Below are positions 29,700 to 41,243 of a stretch of DNA of 64,000 nt, one piece after another (the stretch's first letter is position 1; each line of letters begins with the position of its first letter). The stretch comes from Geosiphon pyriformis uo1. Its lineage: Eukaryota > Fungi > Glomeromycota. The DNA lies in NCBI GenBank assembly GCA_016748015.1, contig JAAOMT010000534.1, forward strand, positions 189,428 to 253,427, written 5' to 3'. The translations under genes and the position numbers were made by a program. The notes under the pieces were generated by a model. It saw only the letters and a program-made list of their open reading frames with translations, did no database searches and had not been told where the DNA came from.

Positions 29700-32600
29700 T
29701 AGAGACCAAAAACTTGACATTGTTTGTTATTTTAATTATCGGTTCCTTATAGTCGTAACTTAAAACTGGCGAAGATTTTATTTATTTGTCAACATAGAGG
29801 AATTTGATTAATGGAAAATATGTTTTTGTTTAACCCTAAAATGAGTTATAGAGATGTCTGAAGTTTTACAGATTAATCAAAGGATAGCTTTCGAGGTGCC
29901 TGGAATGGAGATAAATTATTGTTAGTCTGAAGAAAATACTTGATTCTTTGAAACTATTCAAAAAAATATGATCATTCAATTAGACTTTTAAATTCTGGCT
30001 TTTCCACTTTTTACTGATGTTAAAGCTCAATTTTTTCGAAATATATCAAAACTGGTTGAGGGTTTTCAAGACTTTATATATGTATTACATTGAACAATTT
30101 GTACTCAAAAAAAATGAGGTTTGACATTTCTTTCATTAACAAAACTTTTATATTATGCATTTGAAGAATCTGTAAAACAATATTTGATTGAGCTATAATA
30201 TAATATAAAAAATTTCCATATAAAGTTCTAAGTAAGATTCTTGCAAATAGGGTTCCGATGTTTGGTTCGGTTCAGTTTGAGTTCAATTAAACCATTGAAT
30301 CGAACCGAACTTGAACAGAGATTTGGCTAAATTTCGAATTTGAACTTGAACTGAACTTAAAATCACTAAACCTGAACCAAACTTGAATCCAAACAACAAG
30401 TTCGGTTCGAGTTTGGTTTAAAGTTCATGAACATGTTCAAGTTCAACTATTAAATATTATGTTATATTATTAACTAATTTTCCTTTCAATGGTCTTTGCA
30501 TCTATAATCGAATACACTGTGCTGCTCTTATAGTTTTAGGCACTAAGTGAGACCTCATATCTGTAATCATATTTCCACCTGCAGAAAAGATATGTTCAAA
30601 AGCAACAGATTATTTTTGAATTGCTAAGTAATTATGAGCCATATGTACAAGACAAAAAAAATTGTCTGATCTGCCTAAATATCAAATTTAAATAGATATT
30701 TTTTGCAATATATCTTCTACTATGTTATTATATCCATTTCCCTATTGGCTATCTTTTCAGAGATATAACAATTAATTTTGTCAAGTTCTTCTTCCTCATT
30801 ATCATCAAAGTCTGCCTTTAATATGAACCATATAACTGATGCTATAGTATCACTAAAATTGCCATTCGATAAAAAACTGTTATTTGACATGAGTATAATA
30901 ACCAGTGTGTACTCTATTTCAAAGAGAGTATGTATTCTAAAGGTTTATTTATTGTGTGAGAGTTGGAAAATAAACCATTTGAATAAATAAATAATTTACA
31001 ATTCTTTTATTTTATTAATATTATTATCCAAAAATTCCTTCTTTGTAAAATAATGGAATTTTCTCCTTGGATCCAATGCAGTACAGAGCATTACAGTTGT
31101 ATTTTTTTTAGAGTAATATTCAACTAACTTTCCTTTTGCTGCTCTAGCTGCCATGACAAGTAATAGATCTAATATTAAATGTGTTAAAATAAATAAATAA
31201 ATCTAATTGAGATTATAATGCTTTACCAAATTCATTATTATCAACTGTGTCTTCAACATGATTAAGAATAATATTAAAGAGAAGAATAATCGAGAAGGCA
31301 GTATTATTTGAACTGGCTGATATTTTGACAATAATATTCTTAAATAGTTCAAGAAATTTAGCAATTTTATCAAAAACAACCCAATAACTATGTGAAATGA
31401 CATATTGATAAAGATCAATATGAGTGCTAGTAAGGGTTTTAAGTGTCTATAAATTTACAGTTAGAATTTTTGTATTCAGAATATACAAAATCAGAAATAA
31501 AAGACTTGCTGATTTAAAAAATAATTCATTCTTGATTATGTTGTAAGTAGAATTCTACTGAGTGGAACAATCCAGAATGGATTTACAGTATTTAATTTGA
31601 TATGCATTACAAGCACATTTAAAGAGTTCAAAACATTGGAGCAAGATACAGATTGCAAAATTAAGTTTTTTACATTAGGAAAATTTTATAAATTATATTC
31701 AGTTTGGGTTTTTAACAAATACTTTGGAAACATCATTTTTTATTTTATATAGGGCTACCTGCACTGCCAAATTAAGTATATGATTAAAGCATTAAAATCA
31801 AAAATGCTTTGGGTTTCATTAAATGTTTTCCTCTTCTAATTTTCTTTCTAACTCTCTTATAAAAGTACTATTATTTATGATATTATCTAGGATAATAGCA
31901 AGAAGCTGTCAAAAAAAAATTAGTTTAATAACTAATAAAATTAATGATAAAAATCATATAAAAAGAGGATAAGTGTAACTCTTTCTTAAACTGCTTTCTT
32001 AATCTTCTTAACTGAAAATTTGGCTCAGGGCAATGATAAAAACCACTTAAGCTAACATTAAGAAAACACAATTTTTGATAATATGGGCACTGTGTTATCT
32101 CTTAGCCTCAAATGATGGTATGCCAATCTCATCATTGACCAATGACTAATCCAAATTTATGCAAAGAATATACATATGTATCTTTGATAATCTTTTTATA
32201 CTTTAAAAAATCTATTCGCAATTTTTATTCTATCATGTCATCTACTTATTAAACCAAAATCAATTATTGTTTGCTGAAGGTCCCAATTGTCATTGATATA
32301 ATGAGTGATAATGGAAACAAAGGCTTTGTTATTGGGAGATGTCCAGAGATCTGATGTAAAGGAAATTTTGGACTTGATAGTACCTAAGTATGCCTGTTAT
32401 GTTATAAGTGTGGATGAAATTAAAGGGACATTTTATAATAAAGGTAGTGCTTATTCTTAATTTTTGTTTACTCGAGGTATAGAGTTCCATGACTCTATTC
32501 TTAATTGCATTAGCACAAAAAGGTTGAGAAGTGAGATTCAAATATTGGGATATTTCGATCAATTCAGGATCTTCTACTGTAACAAGTGGTCATTGGCAGT

Positions 32601-33413
32601 TGATAAGCCAGATAGCAAGCATTTCACAAAGTTTTTCATTATCAATGTCAATAGCAGTTACTACAGAAGACTAGAGCAATTTTCTAGTTAGATTGGCCAA
32701 AAAATAATAAAAAATTGGCAATCTCACCTGTCGAAACATTTCTTCGATTGACCTGCAATCTTTCTGAACATTTTGCCTTTTCTTATGATATTCTTCCATT
32801 GTGACATATACTGTTCAGTAAAAAGCTTTTAAATGGCGCCATAAGGGTTTGGTAGTGCCCGTAATTCCGCAAGAAAATGGTTTATGCACACATTTTGAGC
32901 CTGTACATTTGGCTGTCTTTTTTCCTTTTGTCCACTCAAACTTATCAAAATAGTCCCATACCTCACTCTGAAAACTACGTTTACCAGAGATATTAATATT
33001 TGGACTATTTGGGTCATCAAATTCCGTTATTTCGGATTTTGAATCTTCAGTAACATCAGATGATGCAGACAATGGGTTCATTTTGGTAAGTTGGAGAGCG
33101 GAGTTGTCATACATGCATAGTTTTATATACCTCTTTAACTGATCATAGTAATTAAACAAAGTAATGATTGATGAACAAGTAATACAAAATATATCTTTTT
33201 CTTAATTCCATCGAACTCGAACAAAGTTCGGTTCGATTTGGTTCGGTTCAATCGGATCCCTACTCACAAATGGTTTTACTTTGTGATAGAAGTCAACTGA
33301 AGACATGTAAAAAGGCGTATTAAAGTTAGAAGTCTTTCAATAGATTCTTTAAAAGCGTTAAAGTTTTCATTTGTCTAATTAAGAACTTTTTCTATATGAA
33401 TATTTGGATCTAA
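29700..33413 (-). pseudogene. BTB-TLDc copy C pseudogene, interrupted by the hAT element and 5'-truncated
   Basis: 30211-30247 plus 33271-33413 align collinearly with copy A 22140-22320 across the insertion. 29700-30200 is decayed TLDc-like sequence. Confidence 0.78.
30248..33262 (-). mobile_element. hAT-superfamily DNA transposon (both ends present, transposase decayed)
   Basis: TIRs TAGGGTTCCGAT / ATCGGATCCCTA (11/12 match); 8-bp TSD cttgcaaa / ctcacaaa; subterminal GTTCGGTTC/GAACCGAAC repeats; BED finger (SEVWDYF..AKC..C...GTTKPLWRHL, 32815-33000); hATC dimerisation motif MAHNYLAIQ..SVAFEHIFSAGGNMITDMRSHL at ~30540-30645. Confidence 0.93.
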
Positions 33414-33658
33414 TTGACTTTTAATTAATCAAACGAGATTAATCAATAGTGAGATTTAGTTTTTTTCACGTTTAATTGACTTTTAATTAATAAAACGAGA
33501 TCAATCAATAGTGAGGTTTAGTTTTTTTCACGTAAGTTTTTTTTTTACATAAAATGTTTTTATTCTCGATATCGTCTCACGATTCAATTGAAAAATAATG
33601 AGGTCAGCAGCAACATCGTTTAATTGACTTTTAATTAATCAAACGAGATCAATCAATA
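33411..33658 (+). repeat. 62-bp direct repeat (two tandem copies plus one partial copy)
   Basis: taattgacttttaattaatcaaacgagat(t/c)aatcaata... starts at 33411, 33473 and 33621. Confidence 0.85.
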
Positions 33659-34233
33659 CTACATATTAGAAAAGACTTGGATGGATCAAATATTTTATCA
33701 TAAGTAAACGCTCTAACTTTGTTCATGGTTTTAATAAGAGAAAAAACCATTCAAAAAAGGTTTCAATTTTCCAAAGAAAATTCGTATCCCAATCCTAAAT
33801 AAACTATACCATTCTTTGTATACAAAGCCCTTTGCTAGTCATTATATGCTTTCTGAGTTGTTTTGAGTTTGCCTTTCATTGATACTGCTCATTCTTAAAA
33901 TAATTATTTAATGTCAATTATTTCATTACAATAATTGGAAAGTTAAAAGATTATATTTCAAATTATTATTTCTGAATTTATATGTTAAAAAAAATGTTCA
34001 ATTAATTATTAAATCTATTGTATTTTTTGAAAAAAATATGCTCTTTTTTTATAGATAATTTATGTCGTACTAAATGGCAATTGTTGCAAAAAAAACTTGA
34101 AATAACAAATATAAATTAACATATCAAATCCTTCTTTTGATTAATTTACTACAAAAAATGATAAATATGGGTTTAAAAATTACCCTATTGTTTGATTTAA
34201 TTATAATTAAAATTATTAATCCTACTCTTACCT

Positions 34234-35650
34234 TCAGATAGATAGGTTAATTCTGCTTGTAAAAGTTTTTGATTTATAAATATAACCCAAATTTAAATTA
34301 ATCACCAAAACGCTTCTCCATAAAATGAACAAACCTTTGGAAAGATCTATTATTAGAGAAGTTAAAAGACGACTTGAATAAATTGCTTTTGGATGTAAAT
34401 TCGATTCAGGTTTGCTTAGTTTATCCTTTTCTCCAATCTGTTTTACGATTTTGTCTTTTTCAGATAATTGTAGCCCTTCGTTTGTAATCTTATCATCATA
34501 CAGGTACCGAATTTTTTCCACTTTCGATCTAATTTCCTTGGCAGTAGGTCGATTTGATGGATTTTTGTCCAAACATAGTTTGATCAAATCTGCAAAAGCA
34601 GTTGGAATATCAACGCTAATATCAGGTTTGAGACCATTTAAAATATCCATCAAAAGAGTTAAGTCATGGGGTCGGTCATGAAAGGGAGGCTTCCCCATTG
34701 CTAGCTCCCATAATATCATGCCAAAACTATAAATATCGCCAGCTGTTTCATAATTTTCTCCTCTTAAAATTTCTGGTGGCACATATGGAATTACTCCAAA
34801 AATTCCTTTTTTTGCTGATTCCTCATCTGCAGGTTGAGATAATCCAAGGTCACCAATAATTGTCCAATGTCTAGAAAGTTGTAGAATGTTTCCGGAGTGT
34901 AGGTCACGGTGAACCATACCAGATTCATGAATTGTGATAAGCCCCCAAGCAATATCCCTTGCCATCTTCAGTTTTTCACTCCAACGAAGAGAAAGAAAAT
35001 TCGAAGATAAATAATGCCGCAAATCCCCATATTCAGCAAACTCCATCACAAACCCATAATCAAGTGTTTCGGGATTCTGGGTAATACCAATTATTTGGGC
35101 AATATATCCCGGATATCCATTGGAAACAGGGTTTGCTATTATGGATCTTTCAATATATATCTATGGATTCAAAAAATTGAGTTTTTAACAAGTTTAGTTT
35201 TTTGATTGAAAATACAAAACATTCAACAAAAGAAGTCACCTCTCTAAAGAAATCGTCACTATTCTTAGAGTTGCTCATAAATTTTATTGCAACAACCATT
35301 GGCCCCACCCTTGCGTAACTTATTTCACCATGATGTTTTACACTGTTTAAATTAATAATTCCATCGGCCCAGATGGCTTTATAAACAACACCGAACCCTC
35401 CCTTTGCAACATAAGAAATATTTATAAAATTTTCATATGGAACCCATTCATAGTAATAAAATTCATTTCTTTCTGGTCTATGAATTGGATGTTTAATTAT
35501 TTCGTCGATCGCCTGGTTTCCAGTTGAGCAATCTTTGTTTAGCTTTTCAAAAAATAAAAATTGACAAGTAGCGCATGAATTGTACCGAAAACTCCTTTGA
35601 CAATTTTTGCATTCGTTGCAATCATGAGCTTTTGGTTGAGGCGTTTCCAT
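34234..35650 (-). CDS. Tyrosine-kinase-like protein kinase (Glomeromycotina-expanded type)
   Basis: Cys-rich N-terminus, STGN, EWVPY, AKGGFG, VAIK, HRDLHSGN, DLG, PYVPPE, DIYSFG. Intron 35161-35239 joins the two ORFs in frame. 3' end may have a further intron. Confidence 0.9.
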
Positions 35651-36175
35651 TTGAGAAAAGAAATTAGCATGAGGATATAAGCTTGACCTTTTATAAATTC
35701 CGTTTGAACTGTGATCAATTTTTTTGTCACACACTGTATACGCTCGACACATTGTAAGACACAATGTATAAATTGGATTTCTTTTTGTATACTTAATAAA
35801 TTCTTCACTATCTAATATAATTTCTTTTGTTTAGCAAAGAATTGTATTACTGATTCTATTTGGGCTATTTTAAATACCGAAAAAGCAAATTAGCAAGCAA
35901 TTTTCCTCCATTTGAGAAAATCTTAATTGTCAATTTAACAATAACCTAAGCATGCTGGCCTAATATATCGGATTCTCTTTGCATTTACGGTAGCAAAAAC
36001 GGTTATAATTCAAAATAAAGAATTTAGCGCTAATTTTCAAAAAGGGAGATCAAAATGAAAAAGTAAAGCCATTTTAGCATTATAATATCTCAAGATAACC
36101 AAATCTACGTATTTGAAAATGCAAGAAATTAGGTTATAATATGTGATGGGTTTTCTAAAAAAGTCTATTACCATC

Positions 36176-36645
36176 CTAGGAAAGTTTTTAAAAATACATC
36201 TATAAGCTTTAACATCGATTGAGAGTTTCTAGAGGTATCTAGGTTTATAGGCTATAGGGTCATTATAATTTCCGTTGCTGTTTCCATTGAAATCCCCTTC
36301 CGAATTGTTGCCATTATTTGTGCCTATTTTTAGCACAGTTACAAATCAATGTAAATTATAGCAAATTGAATTCAAACACTGTTAAAAGTACTCACCATGC
36401 CAATCACCAATTGGTGATTGGCATGGTGAGTACTTTTAACAGTGTTTGAATTCAATTTGCTATAATTTACATTGATTTGTACCTGTGCTAAAAATAGGCA
36501 CAAATAATGGCAACAATTCGGAAGGGGATTTCAATGGAAACAGCAACGGAAATTATAATGGCCCTATAGCCTATAAACCTAGATACCTCTAGAAACTCTC
36601 AATCGATGTTAAAGCTTATAGATGTATTTTTAAAAACTTTCCTAG
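36176..36645. repeat. Spacer-less palindrome, 235-bp arms, 2 mismatches
   Basis: Centre ...caatcaccaa|ttggtgattg... between 36410 and 36411. Arms checked as reverse complements by eye. Confidence 0.97.
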
Positions 36646-37445
36646 AATGACAATAAAAATAGATTATTTAATACATGTCATATCTGTAGCTATATTACAT
36701 GAATTCTGAACAGCAATTACAATTGTAACTTGCTACTTTCGGAAGAAGCGAAATTTGCATTTGTTTTTTCAAAGTTTCATAATTGATTCCAAAACTACTT
36801 TTATATATTGTATTCCTCAATGAGAATAGCATCCTTTAGAAATGTGAATTATGGCCTTTCATTTCTTTAAAATAAAATAAAATGGGTTTTTTTATAATAT
36901 TAGAGATATTTATTATCAAAAAAATCTTCAACTAATTGCTAAACTTGGCAACTCTTTTAAGCCTTAATTGATAGGAGGCACTCTTGCAAAAATAAAAAAT
37001 CTAAACTTTCGTCAGTTTCTATAAACAAAATTCCAAACATTGGATATTGTGGCATTTGGAAAGATCAGATTTTCAATATAGAAAGGTTCAGATTAGCACA
37101 TTTAACTAATTCGATGGATTTAGAAAAGAAATAAAGTTATAGGAGCTAACGAATTGTCGATTCTAGATTTTAATCGCATCCTTCAATAGATAGATACGTG
37201 CAAAATTCGGCATTAATGACGGGCATACGCAAATTTTGTTCGGATCTATTTTAGATATTTTTTATCAGTTATCTGGAATGTGATGAAAAGCAATACATTT
37301 ATATGTTTGGTCTCAGAAATTTTCAATTCACAAGGATCAAATCATTTGTCCTATTGAAATTTTCATTTTTCAATTGCTAAAAAATAATTTGCGCAGCAAA
37401 GGGCGAGAAATTTTTTCCCTTTTTAATCAAACAAAGCTTGAATGG

Positions 37446-38830
37446 ATGTATTTTTTAGATAAAGCACTCAAAATTTACACAATATTCTTTTTCTTTCCAA
37501 TACACCGAACATGTGATTCGTATGAAAAACTTTTTTTCGATATCGACACTACAGAGACATTTGATCGAAAAAGTACTAAAAATTATAGTTACTTTCTGCA
37601 GCCAAATAGAACATTAATATCAACACTAGCAAAGAAAGATCAGAGTGGACAACAAAGTGATCCTGTACGAAATTTTCGAAATATAAAACTTTCAAAACGA
37701 AATGATTTCTTGCTCCAAAAAGTGACATTAGTTTGGAAACAAATATTTTTGTTAGAGATGGCTTCGTATGCGTACGAGGCATCTTGTCTTTATCAAAAAA
37801 GTGATTCAATTGCTCTTGGAATCTATGGTATAACCAATTTTAAATATTACTCCTTGCTTTCTCTCGCTATTCACACTTTCAATTGATTCTTGTAGCGAAA
37901 GTTTCGCCGAGTTACTATGATATGAGGCTAGAAGATGGACTTCATTCAGCAATAATTACCAGAATAAAAGGACGAGAGATGAATATTCAACAACTGAGAA
38001 ATCATATGTCAAAGTAATTTTGAATTAAACTCAGATAAATAAAAACTGAGTTTACAATTTTTTATTGGATTTATCTATTTGTGTAGAGATGAATCACCGT
38101 ATAAAGGCGTAAGAAACGCCTTCATTCGCTCTTACATATACAGCGATGAAATTCGTAACGGATTGGACAAGATTTTGAACCAAGTCATAGCATACGCAGA
38201 AGCGAAGAGTTCCCGAAAAGAGGTATTCATGTTTACAGGTCATGGTGAGGGTGGAGGTAAATTTTAGGATGAAGCAAAACGTTAATTTTGCGCATGATCA
38301 AAAAAATATTTTTGACCTAGTTAAAAATTTGGTTTCCAGTTTTTGCAGTTTTAGTTGCCCTTTCATTTAAACTTCGTTTCCGAGAAAAACGTATCGAAGT
38401 GGCGACATTTGGACAACCGCGTTTTGCAAATCGAAAGTTTATAAAATATCTCGAATCAAAACTTTACATTCATCGAGTCACCTATGCTGACGATTATGTA
38501 CCCACAATTTTACAATACAATCAAGTTCATCACAATACTGAATATTGGATACCGTTTGATAAAGATTGTAGTTGCGAGGATATTCAATTTTTCAAAATTC
38601 CGAGGGACATTTATGAGTGTCGTGCTCGTACTGGTGAAGAGAACTGGGTAAGAAACAGATTATTACAATTTTTACTTGAAAATAATTGTTAAAATGTGTT
38701 TAATTATAGAAGCTTTTCATTTATCTAGCTTTGCAATGATGCATTTGCATTGCCTCAAGACACTTTTCCTACAAATAATAGCAGAGCTCACAATGGACCT
38801 TATTTTGGGTTTGTAATGGGTGACTGTTAA
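37446..38830 (+). CDS. Secreted class-3 lipase-like protein with nucleophile Ser replaced (GHGEGG), 5 exons
   Basis: Hydrophobic N-terminus MYFLDKALKIYTIFFFFP; FMFTGHGEGGVFAVLVAL; ATFGQPRFAN; RVTYADDYVP; HHNTEYWI; AHNGPYFG. Four in-phase GT..AG introns. Confidence 0.83.
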
Positions 38831-41243
38831 ATTGTTCAATAGTGAAATTTAAAGAGGTTGCTTAAGATGAAATTAAAAGTGAGTGAATTATTTATTACTG
38901 GTCTTGTCAAATAGTTTTTTTTCCTAGGCCAAAGTTATCTAAATTTTTACCAAAAAAAATTAAAGCTTATTTTGTGATTCATATGTTAAAATATCCTAAA
39001 TTTGAATAAACAACAATATTTTGAAGAATATATTTAGCTTTCTAATTATAATATTGAGGATCTTCAATTGAGAAAATTCCTTTTATTGTTTTTAAACTTA
39101 GGAAACCACTAAAATATTCATTTTAAAATGTAATCTTCATAATTTAATCATAATTTTAAGCACACAAGGTTCCCTAGTTTTGATCAAAACTGTTTCATCA
39201 AAATGGCTTTGTAGATTCAAGTATATTTATTTTGGGAATTAATTTTAATTGATATTTTAAAACGTCAATATAATCTAAACAGCATTTCACCACTTAAATC
39301 TAAGGCTTTTATTTCAATAGTTGCTTTCTGTCTTGAAAGATTCAAGTGATATCAAGTGATCAATTATTTTAAAAATAGCCCATTTTAAAATTTCACATAC
39401 TCCTGTTCCCATTGAAAAATCGGAAAAAAATGAGAGTGAATAGTTATCAAGTTTAATAATTTGATTAAAAGTAAGTTTTTTGTTGTATTAAAAATTTATT
39501 TTCTATGATCCCCTTAGTTTATTAATTTCATTTGTGTAATTTTCTATGCACTTAATATATCTTATTCACCATCATAATTAATGCGCGAAGGAATAAATCT
39601 ATGGACGTATTTTGTACAAGAAAAATTATTTTTATCATACAAAATCGAATTTCATTATATAGTAGATAGATATGTTTTCCTTGTAAAATAGACAAAATTG
39701 ATAGCTTTAATGGTTCTCAGAGTGTTATTTCTTATTAAATGATAATACCGAGTTCTTGAAATATTTGAATGGACATTTAGAGCTCCAAAATCATTTATGC
39801 TAGATGATTTTTTCATAAAGACCAAAATTTAAAAAAGGAAAAAAGAAGGAATTGTGATATATTCGTAACATTCTGGAATTTTTGTTATATACGCAATCAA
39901 ATTGGAAATTTGATTGCAATAAAACTATGTAAAAAGTAAATAAATCCTATTCTCTTAGTATTTTAACTTTCAAGAAGTAAATATTAATCACAATCCTAAT
40001 TGATTTCTTTTCCAAAGGGCTATGGAAGATTGGTCAAAATATATGTCGCATAAATTTCTGATTCATAGGAGAAAGTAAATAAATAAATATTTTTTAATGA
40101 CAACAGGAATATTTTGGGAGAAATTTCTGCAGTAATGACAATTCTCAAGATAATAATGATCAATGCTTCCACGTTTTGCACCCTCTTTTCCGGATCCATT
40201 CATGTTTACACTATTTGTTTGACAAACAAACTAATTAGCACACGATAAAAAGAAAATTCGGTAATCAATACATGCAGAACAAAAGCCCTTGATAACGCTG
40301 CAAATCCACGTTTTTTAAGCTAAGATTTTTTCTTTTTGTCGTAGACTTTCTTATTAATTCTGCTTGGTTCGTTCTGTAAATGATGAAAGATCTATTCTAT
40401 ATTTATTTGACGAAAAAATCTGTTTCAGGGTTCAATACTTTAGCCCTTAGAGAATTAGGATAAAAGAGCAGACTAGCCTAATCAAAATTAAAAAGTGAGA
40501 TAAATTCTTTTTTGCTTGGTCTTATCGCTCTGATTAATAACCCTACTCATTCCCCGATTGGGATTAGTAAATAATCATATATAAGTTGCAGGTATTTTAC
40601 TTCAAGTTTCAGGAAACACAAACATACGATCGAAAATTAAAAAATCAAAAGAAAATATGTAAGCGGTAATTTAATCACAATAGCATGTACAAATTAAATG
40701 CCGCTTGGGAAATCACGGGCATGCAATGTGTTTATCTTCGTGGTTCCGCGAATTATTCGAGTGCGTAATAACTACCTTGATGTGGAAGTCGTGTTCGTGA
40801 AACTTGAAGGTGATTGGGATTTGGTCACTTTAGCCGAACACTTTGTTCATTGTCTTGATGCACAAAATAAGAGTTGTAATTCAATCCAACAAATTCTCTG
40901 CCCTTATAAATATATTTATTACTGCTTGCGAGAGATGAATTCGATTCATTCCACCCTTCCTTTTTCTCAGTTTGGACGTCACTCTTTTATACTAGAAGTG
41001 TGGTATTCTCCTCGAGAAACCACTCATAGTTTTAGACAAGCTTTTGTTAAAAGCAAACTTTAAGGTTTCTTTTTTCATAAACAGCATCCATTTTTATTTC
41101 TTATCTTTAGATATACACTCCTTTCTTTATCATCTCCAATCTTAATCTTTCCTTTTTGAATTTTCTTTCCGTCAATCTCTTCGATTCGTTTCCTTATAAA
41201 GGGACAAAAGTTCCCCAATTAATACGAACTACCTATCAGCACA

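Noticed and set aside
30255-30450. Short repeated GTTCGGTTC/GAACCGAAC motifs resembling a CRISPR-like or iteron array
   Set aside because: Irregular spacing, both orientations, mirrored at 33210-33250: these are subterminal repeats of the hAT element
40698-41063. 121-aa ORF upstream of the GH-like gene
   Set aside because: No recognisable motif; overlaps the likely promoter/5' UTR of the downstream gene
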